From NCBI GenBank assembly GCA_031372705.1, contig JANMLV010000048.1, forward strand, positions 1,417 through 65,416: a DNA stretch of 64,000 nucleotides, given 5' to 3'. Each line of letters starts with the position of its first letter. Position 1 is the first letter of the stretch. A model generated the notes under the pieces. It did not search any database, had not been told where the DNA came from, and saw only the letters and a list, made by a program, of their open reading frames with translations. The position numbers and the translations under genes are program-made. This DNA is from Bacteroidota bacterium (GTDB taxonomy: Bacteria; Bacteroidota; Bacteroidia; Chitinophagales; BACL12). Below are positions 9,962 through 19,151 of this stretch, piece after piece.

Positions 9962-9990
9962 AAAAAAAACCTGCTACGAAGCAGGTTTTT
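9962..9990 (-). terminator. bidirectional-looking rho-independent terminator downstream of hppD
   Basis: A8-aacctgct-acga-agcaggtt-T5. On the minus strand the hairpin is followed by a T8 run, 23 nt after the hppD stop. Confidence 0.8.
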
Positions 9991-10012
9991 AAATAAGGAT
10001 GTATTGAATTAA

Positions 10013-11143
10013 TTATAATGTTCCTCTTTTGCGTTGTTCTTCTTCTATGCTTTCAAACAGCGCTTGGAAATTACCTTTGCCAAAAGATTTTGCGCCACAG
10101 CGTTCAATTATTTCAAAAAACATGGTCGGTCTGTCTTCAACAGGCTTGGTAAATATTTGTAATAAATAACCGTCTTCATCACGGTCTACCATTATGCCCA
10201 AGCTTTTTAGTGTTTGTAAATCTTCATTTATTGTTCCAACACGATCGCTTACAGTATCGTAATACGTTCCGGGAACATATAAAAATTCAACACCGCGTTT
10301 GCGTAATTCGGTTACCGTAATAATAATATCGTCGGTGGCAACGGCAATGTGCTGACAACCTTCGCCTTCATAAAAATCTAAATATTCTTCCACCTGTGAT
10401 TTCTTTTTACCAATGGCAGGTTCATTAATCGGGAATTTAATGCGCATATTTCCACTGGTCATTACTTTACTCATAAGAGCAGTATATTCTGTAGAAATAT
10501 CTTTATCGTCGAATGTAATCAGATTTTTAAATCCTAATACTTCTGCATAAAATTTTGCCCACACATTCATTCTGCCTAAACCAACATTGCCAACGCAATG
10601 GTCAACATATTGCAATCCAATTGGTGTAGGATTGTATTCGCTTTCCCATTTTACAAATCCCGGCAAAAAAACTCCGTTGTAGTTTGTGCGTTCAACAAAT
10701 AAGTGAATTACTTCGCCATATGTTTTAATGCCGGCAACTTTTACTTCGCCATCGGCATCAGATTTTATTGTAGGGAATAAAAAAGGTTCTGCACCGCGTT
10801 CGGTAGTTTGAACAAACGAATATTCCGCATCATCAACAGTAAATGCAATAACTTTTACGCCATCACCATGATTTTTAATATGTTCAGCTACAGGTGAAGT
10901 GCTGTTGTATGGTGTGGTTAATATTAATGTGATTTTTCCCTGACGCAAAACATAAGACGCACATTCGCGATTACCGGTTTCTAATTCGGAATAAGCGAGT
11001 GATTGAAATCCAAAGGCCGTTTTATAAAAGTGTGCAGATTGTTTAGCATTGCCCACATATAATTCAATAAAATCGGTGCCATTTAATGGAAGAAAATCTT
11101 CTTGTACGATTGTTTGTTGTTTTTCAACTAATAAAGTATCCAT
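10013..11143 (-). CDS. hppD: 4-hydroxyphenylpyruvate dioxygenase
   Basis: 376 aa with two VOC modules and the typical C-terminus (QHIAVATDDII, FFEIIERCGAKSFGKGNFQALFESIEEEQ). Confidence 0.9.
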   Translation of the reverse strand: MDTLLVEKQQTIVQEDFLPLNGTDFIELYVGNAKQSAHFYKTAFGFQSLAYSELETGNRECASYVLRQGKITLILTTPYNSTSPVAEHIKNHGDGVKVIAFTVDDAEYSFVQTTERGAEPFLFPTIKSDADGEVKVAGIKTYGEVIHLFVERTNYNGVFLPGFVKWESEYNPTPIGLQYVDHCVGNVGLGRMNVWAKFYAEVLGFKNLITFDDKDISTEYTALMSKVMTSGNMRIKFPINEPAIGKKKSQVEEYLDFYEGEGCQHIAVATDDIIITVTELRKRGVEFLYVPGTYYDTVSDRVGTINEDLQTLKSLGIMVDRDEDGYLLQIFTKPVEDRPTMFFEIIERCGAKSFGKGNFQALFESIEEEQRKRGTL

Positions 11144-11173
11144 TGTAGTATATTTATTTAATTATTTAAATAA

Positions 11174-12361
11174 TTAGTTTGTTATCAAGTTTGGTTGTAC
11201 ACCGTTACTTTTTATCCATGATAAATAATAGTCATCTACTTCATATTCAACTGCTGCTTCTGTAATCATTACCGGTTTAAACGGATCAATCATAACAGCT
11301 AATTCTTTGGTTTCTTTTTGCCCTATGCTGCGTTCAATAGCTCCCGGATGAGGCCCGTGTGCTAAGCCTGCAGGATGCAATGTTAGCATGCCGGGTTTTA
11401 TATTGTTTCTGCTCATGAAATTGCCTTCCACATAATATAATAATTCATCGCTGTCGATATTACTGTGGTGATAAGGTGCAGGAATGGCATTCGGGTGGTA
11501 ATCGTACATGCGCGGAACAAAGCTGCATACCACAAAATTATTAGCCTCGAAATTTTGGTGAATTGGTGGAGGCATGTGAATGCGACCTGTTAGCGGTTCA
11601 AAGTTGTGAATATTGAACGCATAAGGATATAAATATCCATCCCAACCTACAACGTCAAATGGGTGATTAGCATAAGTGTATGGAAATATTTCACCGCGTT
11701 TTTTTATCATAATTTCAAATTCACCTTCCACATCTAATGTTTTTAATTCGGTAGGACGTTTAATATCGCGTTCGCAAAATGGTGAGTGTTCGAGTAATTG
11801 TCCGAATTCATTTCTGTATCTTTTCGGTGTAACTACCGGACTAAAAGATTCAATAAATAACAATCTGTTATCATCGGTATCAAATTCCATTTTATAAATT
11901 GTTCCTCGTGGAATTACCAGATAATCGTGCGGCTCAAAATTTACATCACCAAACATGGTTGTTAAAGTGCCTGACCCTTTGTGCACAAAAATTAATTCAT
12001 CGGCATCTGCATTTTTAAAATAGTAATCAGGGGTTTGTGTTGGTGCAGCAAGTCCAATATGTAAATCGTTATTTACAAAAAGCACTTTGCGACTTTCTAA
12101 ATAATCTTTTTCTGCCGGAATATCAAAGCCATTAAAACTGAGCATACGCATATTATTTTCGATAGCAATTTTTGGCGCTACCGAATAACTCTTGCCGGTA
12201 TTAATAACCCTTGTTGGTGGATGAATGTGATACACTAACGATGATAAACTGCTGAAGCCTTGTGTGCCCACTAATTCTTCGTTATAAAGTTTTCCCGCCG
12301 CGTCGCGATATACAACATGGCGTTTATCCGGGATTTTACCTAATTGCTGATAAATTGGCAT
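11174..12361 (-). CDS. hmgA: homogentisate 1,2-dioxygenase (short Bacteroidota-type form)
   Basis: 395 aa. The N-terminus MPIYQQLGKIPDKRHVVYRD..G.LY.EEL.G..GF matches my memory of flavobacterial HmgA. Cupin-like core. Sits 30 nt upstream of hppD on the same strand. Confidence 0.8.
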   Translation of the reverse strand: MPIYQQLGKIPDKRHVVYRDAAGKLYNEELVGTQGFSSLSSLVYHIHPPTRVINTGKSYSVAPKIAIENNMRMLSFNGFDIPAEKDYLESRKVLFVNNDLHIGLAAPTQTPDYYFKNADADELIFVHKGSGTLTTMFGDVNFEPHDYLVIPRGTIYKMEFDTDDNRLLFIESFSPVVTPKRYRNEFGQLLEHSPFCERDIKRPTELKTLDVEGEFEIMIKKRGEIFPYTYANHPFDVVGWDGYLYPYAFNIHNFEPLTGRIHMPPPIHQNFEANNFVVCSFVPRMYDYHPNAIPAPYHHSNIDSDELLYYVEGNFMSRNNIKPGMLTLHPAGLAHGPHPGAIERSIGQKETKELAVMIDPFKPVMITEAAVEYEVDDYYLSWIKSNGVQPNLITN

Positions 12362-12540
12362 AGTAAATTTTATTTACTGCAAATTTCAGCGAAAATGTAA
12401 GCTGCTTGGGGTGACTTGTGTCAATGTTTGAGGTGATAATGCGGGGAGTTTTTGAGTTGATTTTCAGCGGACCATAAACCTCCCGTTACTTCCCAACTTC
12501 CCTTCTTCCCGGCAAGTAAATATATACGAGCAATATCAAC

Positions 12541-13221
12541 TCAGCCCTTTTTTTTCAGGCTGTTAAATACCAGGTCGTTTAAATAGCCAATAAGTTCTTC
12601 TTCTTTTTTAGCACCACTAAAATCGGTCAGCGAAGGCAGGTTATGCATAAAAAAGTTTTGAAGATGCGCCATTTCAATTATAGTAGAGGCCAGGGTTTTA
12701 GGGTATTTGTAACGGGGATTGTATTCAGATATAATATTGCCAACAACAGCACATAAGTCCTTGTAAGGCTTAAAGAACTGCTGTTTATTGTCTTCACTCA
12801 CATGTTTTGTTAAATAAGCCTTTGAACCTTCCGCAATAATAATTTCATGCAACAGCCTTTCATTAATATAATGGGTTTGCTCATCGTCCTCAACCGCATG
12901 TGCCAGAAGGTGTATTACTTTTTTCAGCTTAATTGCAGGACTGTTTATATTGTTAGTCTGAAATATTATTTGAAACTCAAGCCAGCCCCAATACCAGGCT
13001 GTAAGGTAAACCAACAGTTTATGCTTATTCTCAAAATAACGGTAGATGCCGGCTTCAGTTGTGCCGATTTCTTCAGCAAGTTTTTTAAAGGTAAATGACT
13101 CGAAACCTGCTTTGTATATTAATTGTACACTATGTTTTAGAATATTCTTCCCAAGTTCTGATGCCTCAGGATTCCGAAGGTATAGTGCCTCGTTCATCTC
13201 TATTTGCAGTTGTAGCTTCAT
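12541..13221 (-). CDS. TetR/AcrR-family transcriptional regulator
   Basis: N-terminal HTH FTFKKLAEEIGTTEAGIYRYFENKHKLL, 226 aa. Confidence 0.85.
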   Translation of the reverse strand: MKLQLQIEMNEALYLRNPEASELGKNILKHSVQLIYKAGFESFTFKKLAEEIGTTEAGIYRYFENKHKLLVYLTAWYWGWLEFQIIFQTNNINSPAIKLKKVIHLLAHAVEDDEQTHYINERLLHEIIIAEGSKAYLTKHVSEDNKQQFFKPYKDLCAVVGNIISEYNPRYKYPKTLASTIIEMAHLQNFFMHNLPSLTDFSGAKKEEELIGYLNDLVFNSLKKKG

Positions 13222-13324
13222 TTCAAGGTGTTTTTATTACTATTATTTACTAAAGGTACAAAGCTAAAGCAAATAATTTAACAATTATTAGTGATAGTAA
13301 AACTATTATTGAACAAATTAATAC

Positions 13325-13332
13325 TATCTTTG
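13325..13332 (+). promoter_or_regulatory. candidate Bacteroidota -7 promoter box (TAtcTTTG) for sulP
   Basis: tatctttg matches TAnnTTTG and lies 24 nt upstream of the sulP ATG in the tetR/sulP divergent spacer. Confidence 0.35.
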
Positions 13333-13355
13333 TTCCGTAAAAAAGAAGAAAAACA

Positions 13356-14906
13356 ATGAAACATTTATTTAAAGAGTTAAAAAGCGACCTCCCGGCTAGT
13401 ATGGTGGTCTTTTTTGTGGCAGTGCCTTTGTGCTTAGGTATCGCCCTTGCATCCGGCGCGCCTTTGTTTGCGGGTATTATTGCCGGTATAGTTGGTGGTA
13501 TTGTTGTAGGTATTGCCAGTGGCTCATCGTTGGGGGTTAGTGGGCCGGCTGCGGGATTAGCGGTAATTGTACTAACATCTATCGAAGCGCTTGGTGGTTC
13601 ATGGGAAGCCTTTCTTTTGGCTGTAATGCTTGCCGGTTTTATACAATTGGCACTCGGATATGCAAAAGCAGGTTTTATTGCATACTTTTTTCCATCTTCA
13701 GTAATTAAAGGAATGCTCACAGGTATTGGCCTGTTAATTATTCTGAAGCAAATACCTCACGCATTAGGTTGGGATAAAGATGCTTTTGGAGATGATAAAT
13801 TTTTCCAGGCAGATGGCGAAAACACGTTTTCGGAAATAATTAAAGCACTTAGTTCATTTACGCCCGGAGCTTTAATAATATCAGTTATTTCATTAGGTAT
13901 TTTGATATTATGGGATAAGGTGCTATCCAAAAAACACAAAGTGTTTGGCATGCTTAATGGACCTTTGGTGGTTGTTTTGTTTGGTATATTAATGAATTAT
14001 TTCTACCAAAACGGGATATTAAATTTCATGTTGAACTCCGACCAAATTGTAAATATCCCGGTTCCGGAAAACTTAAATGGATTTTTTAGTCAGTTCACTA
14101 CCCCCGATTTTTCTGCAATCAGCAATGGTGAAGTGTGGAAAATTGCATTCGTTTTAGCAATTGTAGCAAGTTTAGAAACCCTACTTTGTGTTGAAGCGAC
14201 CGATAAGATGGACCCTAATAAAAGAATTACACCAACTAACAGAGAACTAAAAGCGCAAGGTTTAGGTAATATCGTTTCAGGCTTAATTGGCGGCCTACCT
14301 GTTACTCAAGTTATTGTTCGAAGTTCAGCAAATATCAACTTTGGTGCAAAAACAAAATTGTCGGCTATTTTACATGGTATGTTTTTACTTATAAGCGCCA
14401 TCACAATTTCAGGACTTTTAAATATGATTCCTTTAGCAAGTTTAGCAGCCATTTTATTTATGGTTGGATATAAACTTGCCAAGCCATCGCTCTTTAAACA
14501 AATGTTTAAATTGGGTTGGGAGCAGTTTGTGCCATTTATTGTTACCATTATTGCGATTCTTGTAACCGATTTATTAATTGGAATTACAACGGGATTATTA
14601 GTTGGCGGACTTTTCGCTCTTTATCATAGTTATCGCAATTCTTTCCACTTGAAAGATATTGTAACTGAAAATGGAACGCAGGTGCATCATATTGTTTTAG
14701 CTGAAGAGGTTTCATTTTTTAACAAGGCAAGTGTAGTAAAAGTTTTAGATAGTATTCCGGCCAATTCAAAAGTAATAATTGATTGCACTAACTCTAAATC
14801 TATTTCCTATGATGTGGTTGAGTTGATTCTTGACTATGAAATTAATGCCAAAACTAAAAACATTAAAGTTGAAAAAATTAAATTTATTGAACCTATTTCA
14901 GCATAA
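13356..14906 (+). CDS. SulP-family anion (bicarbonate/sulfate) transporter with a C-terminal STAS domain
   Basis: 516 aa, polytopic, Gly-rich TM helices (AGIIAGIVGGIVVGIASGS), soluble C-terminal ~100-aa STAS-like tail. Followed directly by a carbonic anhydrase. Confidence 0.85.
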   Translation: MKHLFKELKSDLPASMVVFFVAVPLCLGIALASGAPLFAGIIAGIVGGIVVGIASGSSLGVSGPAAGLAVIVLTSIEALGGSWEAFLLAVMLAGFIQLALGYAKAGFIAYFFPSSVIKGMLTGIGLLIILKQIPHALGWDKDAFGDDKFFQADGENTFSEIIKALSSFTPGALIISVISLGILILWDKVLSKKHKVFGMLNGPLVVVLFGILMNYFYQNGILNFMLNSDQIVNIPVPENLNGFFSQFTTPDFSAISNGEVWKIAFVLAIVASLETLLCVEATDKMDPNKRITPTNRELKAQGLGNIVSGLIGGLPVTQVIVRSSANINFGAKTKLSAILHGMFLLISAITISGLLNMIPLASLAAILFMVGYKLAKPSLFKQMFKLGWEQFVPFIVTIIAILVTDLLIGITTGLLVGGLFALYHSYRNSFHLKDIVTENGTQVHHIVLAEEVSFFNKASVVKVLDSIPANSKVIIDCTNSKSISYDVVELILDYEINAKTKNIKVEKIKFIEPISA

Positions 14907-14927
14907 CAACTAAAACAAATAATAAAT

Positions 14928-15569
14928 ATGAAAACTTTAACAAAAGAAATGCAAGCAGCCATAACACCATCAATGGCTTTAGAATTATTAAAAGATGGAA
15001 ATAAAAGATTTGTTAACAACTTAAAAGTAAATCGAAATCTTTTACAACAAGCAAATGAAACATCAGATGGCCAACATCCATTTGCAGTTATTCTAAGTTG
15101 CATCGACAGTAGAACCTCTGCTGAGCTAATATTTGACCAAGGTCTTGGTGATGTTTTTAGTGTTCGCATTGCAGGTAATATTATTAATGAGGATATTTTA
15201 GGCAGCATGGAGTTTGGTTGCAAAGTGGCAGGTGCAAAAATTCTTGTTGTGTTAGGACATACTAAATGCGGAGCCGTTAAAGGTGCTTGCGATCACGTTG
15301 AAATGGGCAATTTAACTGCTTTACTTGAAAAAATTAAACCGGCTGTTGCCGCTGAAACTGCCACTTCAGAAAATCGTACTTCAAGTAATGCTGTTTTCGT
15401 TGAAAATGTAGCAACGATAAATGTTAAAAATACAGTTGAGGCAATTATGGAGCGCAGCCCAATCCTCAAAGATTTAATCGCTAGCGGACAAATTGGAATT
15501 GTTGGTGGTACGCACGATATCTCAAACGGTGAGGTGACGTTTTATGATGACACTGTGCATGTAGGTTAA
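14928..15569 (+). CDS. beta-class carbonic anhydrase
   Basis: Zinc-ligand motifs SCIDSR and GHTKCGA; 213 aa. Confidence 0.9.
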   Translation: MKTLTKEMQAAITPSMALELLKDGNKRFVNNLKVNRNLLQQANETSDGQHPFAVILSCIDSRTSAELIFDQGLGDVFSVRIAGNIINEDILGSMEFGCKVAGAKILVVLGHTKCGAVKGACDHVEMGNLTALLEKIKPAVAAETATSENRTSSNAVFVENVATINVKNTVEAIMERSPILKDLIASGQIGIVGGTHDISNGEVTFYDDTVHVG

Positions 15570-15761
15570 TAATTGACAAACGAAAGATATACTAGTCTTG
15601 TAATTAATGCACATTGGAAAATAAAATTTAAAGATTTTACTTTTTATTGGTGTTAATAATGATGCAATAATTACAAGCTAGTTAATATACTCCCATGGTT
15701 TAGTAGTTTAATAGCACAGCCCTCCTTCAATCTGCAGACAAAGCTGGGTTCGTGCTTTTTT

Positions 15762-17135
15762 TTACAACCTATCGAAATGCGCCGTGAAATGCCTTAAAAA
15801 TTGGGGCTCTTTTGTGATTTTTAACCCTTTTACTTTTTTCCTGTTTTTGAGAATTTCGTCAAATACTTCTATCACATAATCAATATGCGATTGCGTATAC
15901 ACTCTTCTTGGAATTGCCAACCGAACTAATTCTTGAGGTGCGGGAATTAATTTTCCTGATTTATTATATTTTCCGAACATTACGCTGCCAATTTCTACGC
16001 AACGAATGCCACCTGTGGTATACAATTCGCAAACCAATGCCTGTCCGGGATATTCATGAACCGGAATTTGCGGGTATAATTTTTTTGCATCAATATATAC
16101 AGCATGTCCGCCAATGGGATATAAAATCGGCACACCATTTTGTTTAATTCTATTACCTAAGTATGCTGTACTTTTAATGCGATAATTTAAATAATCATCG
16201 TCAAATACTTCTTTTAATCCGACAGCAATTGCTTCCATGTCGCGACCGCTCAAACCGCCGTAAGTGCTAAAACCTTCGGTAATGATGAGTAAACTCATAC
16301 AGGCATCAGCTAATTTTTTATCTGCCAGCGCTAAAAATCCGCCCATATTTACCAGCGCATCTTTTTTTGCACTCATAATTGCACCATTAGCCATAGCAAA
16401 CATTTCCTGTGCAATTTGTTTGTAACTGTGATTAGCATATGCTTTTTCGCGATGTTTAATAAAATAAGCATTTTCTGCAACGCGGCAACAATCGAGAATA
16501 CATAACAATTTATTTTTTTTGCAGAGGTCAGAAACGGCTTTCATGTTTTCCATGCTCACGGGTTGTCCGCCACCACTATTATTGGTTACGGTAACAATTA
16601 CCGCAGCAATATTTTTTCCGTGTTTTTTTATTAGCTGCTGCAATTTTGTAACATCTAAATTTCCTTTAAACGGATAATCGCTGGCAAAATCTTTTCCTTC
16701 TTTTACGGGAATATCGATTGCTGTTGCTCCGCTAAATTCAATATTTGCTCTTGTAGTATCAAAATGGGTATTGCTGATAAATATTTTGCCTTTGCCTCCT
16801 AAATAAGAATATAAAATACGTTCCGCTGCTCTTCCCTGATGTGTTGGAAGTATATGTTCGAAGCCTGTTAAATCGTTTACGGCCGCATAAAATCGTTCCC
16901 AGCTTGCAGCACCGGCATAACTTTCATCCGCCTGCATCATAGCAGCCCATTGATTTTGACTCATGGCAGATGTACCACTGTCGGTAAGCATATCAATAAT
17001 TACCTGCGATGATTTTAACAGGAAGGGATTGTAATGTGCGTTTTTGATAAAATCTTTTCTCTCCGCAACCGAACTCATTTTAATGGGCTCAACGGTTTTA
17101 ATGCGAAAAGGCTCAATAATCGTTTTAAATGCCAT
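15762..17135 (-). CDS. tryptophanase / tyrosine phenol-lyase family beta-eliminating lyase (looks closer to tryptophanase)
   Basis: 457 aa, collinear with E. coli TnaA and C. freundii TPL as I remember them (EPFRIKTVEP, DLLTDSGT, PTHQGRAAE, PLP-lysine block MSAKKDALVNMGG, RLAIPRRVYT, FLRHFTA). Substrate specificity cannot be decided by eye. Confidence 0.85.
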   Translation of the reverse strand: MAFKTIIEPFRIKTVEPIKMSSVAERKDFIKNAHYNPFLLKSSQVIIDMLTDSGTSAMSQNQWAAMMQADESYAGAASWERFYAAVNDLTGFEHILPTHQGRAAERILYSYLGGKGKIFISNTHFDTTRANIEFSGATAIDIPVKEGKDFASDYPFKGNLDVTKLQQLIKKHGKNIAAVIVTVTNNSGGGQPVSMENMKAVSDLCKKNKLLCILDCCRVAENAYFIKHREKAYANHSYKQIAQEMFAMANGAIMSAKKDALVNMGGFLALADKKLADACMSLLIITEGFSTYGGLSGRDMEAIAVGLKEVFDDDYLNYRIKSTAYLGNRIKQNGVPILYPIGGHAVYIDAKKLYPQIPVHEYPGQALVCELYTTGGIRCVEIGSVMFGKYNKSGKLIPAPQELVRLAIPRRVYTQSHIDYVIEVFDEILKNRKKVKGLKITKEPQFLRHFTAHFDRL

Positions 17136-17208
17136 AACTTAAATTTCACACAAAGGTGATGGGAGATAGATTGGCATCAAATGATATAAATCATAGGAAA
17201 TAGGAAAA

Positions 17209-17228
17209 GGAACGCTGATGACGCGGAT
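17209..17228 (+). repeat. inverted copy of the ATCCGCGTCATCCGCGTTCC motif
   Basis: ggaacgctgatgacgcggat is the reverse complement (1 mismatch) of the 20-mer that ends every 128-bp unit at 17330-17712. Confidence 0.85.
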
Positions 17229-17329
17229 GCTTCGCAACGCGGATAAGGGCGGATGCCTGCGGCGCTTATTTTAAATGGAACACGGATTTAATCTGTGTAA
17301 ACCTGTTCAATCAGTTCAATCTGTGTTGC

Positions 17330-17712
17330 TTTTAAGAAATGTCAAATTAATATAAATTTGAATAAACAAGGAAAGTGTACAATCTAGCAAAAAAATAATC
17401 CGCGCAAATCCACCCACACATCATACCGAAAAAATAAATCCGCGTCATCCGCGTTCCTTTTAAGAAATGTCAATTTAATATGTATGTAAATAAATAACGA
17501 AACTGTACAATCTAACAAAAAATTAATCCGCGCAAATCCATCCATACATCATACGGAAAAAATAAATCCGCGTCATCCGCGTTCCTTTTAAGAAATGTCA
17601 AAATAATATGTATGTAAATAAATAACGAAATTGTACATTCTAGCAAAAAATTAATCCGCGCAAATCCATCCACACATCATACCGAAAAAATAAATCCGCG
17701 TCATCCGCGTTC
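17330..17712 (+). repeat. tandem repeat, three ~128-bp units
   Basis: The landmark ttttaag recurs at 17330, 17458 and 17586, with a related ttttaac at 17713. Each unit is ttttaagaaatgtcaa...gtacaatcta.caaaaaa.taatccgcgcaaatcca.cca.acatcatac.gaaaaaataaatccgcgtcatccgcgttcc, with only scattered substitutions. Confidence 0.95.
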
Positions 17713-17714
17713 TT

Positions 17715-19094
17715 TTAACCCTCCGCGAATAAATCCTTATAAATCTGTTCCATTTTTCCCGCTGCTTTTATCTCAATTTTATATTTCGCAATGTTGAGCG
17801 ATTTCATATTGTGTTTAGAAATATAAATAGTATCAAACCCTAATTTTTCTGCTTCGGTAATTCGTTGTTCGATGCGACTAACACCGCGCAGTTCACCACT
17901 CAATCCAACTTCGGCAGCAAAACAAATATTTAATGGCATAGCAATATCGCTGATAGAAGATAATAATGCACAAGCAATACTTAAATCAATTGCAGGATCT
18001 TCAACGCGCAAACCACCGGCGATATTTAAAAAAACATCTTTATTGCCAAAAGCAAATCCTCCGCGTTTTTCTAAAACGGCGAGCAACATACTCATTCGTC
18101 GCAAATCGAAGCCTGTAGCGGTTCTTTGAGGATTGCCATAAACGGCAGGGCTTACCAATGCTTGCACTTCAATTAACATAGGTCGCATACCTTCCATGGT
18201 TGCTGCTATGGCAACACCACTTAACGGTTCTTCTTTTTCGGTAATTAATAATTCGCTCGGATTATTTACCTGTTGTAAACCATCGCCTTCCATTTTGTAA
18301 ATACCAATTTCGCTTGTTGAACCAAAACGATTTTTGATTGTGCGCAAAATGCGATGTGTATAATTTCTGTCGCCTTCAAATTGTAATACACAATCGACCA
18401 TGTGTTCTAAAATTTTTGGACCGGCGATATAACCTTCTTTATTAATATGACCGATAATAAAAACGGGTACATTACTTTCTTTTGCATAACGCATGAGCTG
18501 ACCTGCACATTCTTTTATTTGTGCAATACTTCCGGCGGTAGAATCAACAAAATCGTAAACCAATGTTTGAATGGAGTCTATTATTACCAACTCCGGTCCA
18601 AGTTGTTTTATTTGCTTAAATAATTTCCCTATAGACACTTCGGTAGAAATATACAGATTGGTGTTTTTTCCTTTCAACCTGTCGGCGCGCATTTTAATTT
18701 GTTGCTCACTTTCTTCGCCGCTAACATACAACACCTTCAGTTTTTTGAGCTCTATAGCCAATTGCAGCATGAGTGTCGATTTACCGATTCCGGGCTCTCC
18801 ACCAACCAAAACCAGGCTACCGGGCACAATGCCTCCACCGAGGGTTCGGTTTAACTCGAGGTCGCCTGTTTCGATTCGCTGGATATCGCCGGCGGCAATT
18901 TCGTCCAGTGCAAGTGGAAAATTGCCCTTTTTGTCCGGTTTATCGTCTTTCCACACTTCTTTATCATCGGGGCGTTCAATTACTTCCTCCGTAAAAGTGT
19001 TCCACTCGTTACAACTTGGGCATTTTCCTTGCCATTTACTAGATTCGAATCCGCAATTCCTACAAAAGAATGCTGTTTTTGCTTTTGCTGCCAT
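17715..19094 (-). CDS. radA: DNA repair protein RadA/Sms
   Basis: N-terminal zinc finger CRNCGFESSKWQGKCPSCNEWN, Walker A GGEPGIGKSTL, KNRFG motif, Lon-like C-terminal domain. Confidence 0.95.
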   Translation of the reverse strand: MAAKAKTAFFCRNCGFESSKWQGKCPSCNEWNTFTEEVIERPDDKEVWKDDKPDKKGNFPLALDEIAAGDIQRIETGDLELNRTLGGGIVPGSLVLVGGEPGIGKSTLMLQLAIELKKLKVLYVSGEESEQQIKMRADRLKGKNTNLYISTEVSIGKLFKQIKQLGPELVIIDSIQTLVYDFVDSTAGSIAQIKECAGQLMRYAKESNVPVFIIGHINKEGYIAGPKILEHMVDCVLQFEGDRNYTHRILRTIKNRFGSTSEIGIYKMEGDGLQQVNNPSELLITEKEEPLSGVAIAATMEGMRPMLIEVQALVSPAVYGNPQRTATGFDLRRMSMLLAVLEKRGGFAFGNKDVFLNIAGGLRVEDPAIDLSIACALLSSISDIAMPLNICFAAEVGLSGELRGVSRIEQRITEAEKLGFDTIYISKHNMKSLNIAKYKIEIKAAGKMEQIYKDLFAEG

Positions 19095-19151
19095 GTATTT
19101 ACCACACCAAATTTTAAGGCGTATCTTTGCCGCAAATTAAATCATTTTTTT

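Noticed and set aside
13250-13720. 156-aa minus-strand ORF overlapping the sulP 5' end; similar antisense ORFs at 14834-15223, 21166-21609, 23773-24207, 46521-46946, 49794-50186 and 40267-40533
   Set aside because: All lie antisense to genes with strong family signatures and show no motifs of their own.
17400-17680. DnaA-box-like motifs (ccATCCACA, ccACCCACA) in the tandem repeats and ttgtggaat at ~8597, raising the idea of oriC
   Set aside because: Each motif carries two or more mismatches to TTATCCACA. There is no dnaA or dnaN nearby and no obvious AT-rich unwinding element distinct from the background. This cannot be separated from chance without a genome-wide GC-skew analysis.
17330-17712. 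Possible CRISPR array, given the regularly spaced repeats
   Set aside because: The whole 128-bp unit repeats, so there are no unique spacers. The units are far longer than CRISPR repeats, and no cas genes are in the window.
19042-19052. gattcgaatcc, a tRNA T-loop-like motif
   Set aside because: It lies inside the radA coding sequence. No acceptor, D or anticodon stems can be drawn around it.
18571-19140. 189-aa plus-strand ORF (and 18773-18994, 17872-18129) opposite radA
   Set aside because: These are antisense to a confidently identified gene, and their sequences are low-complexity and Ser/Pro/Phe-rich. They are typical shadow ORFs.
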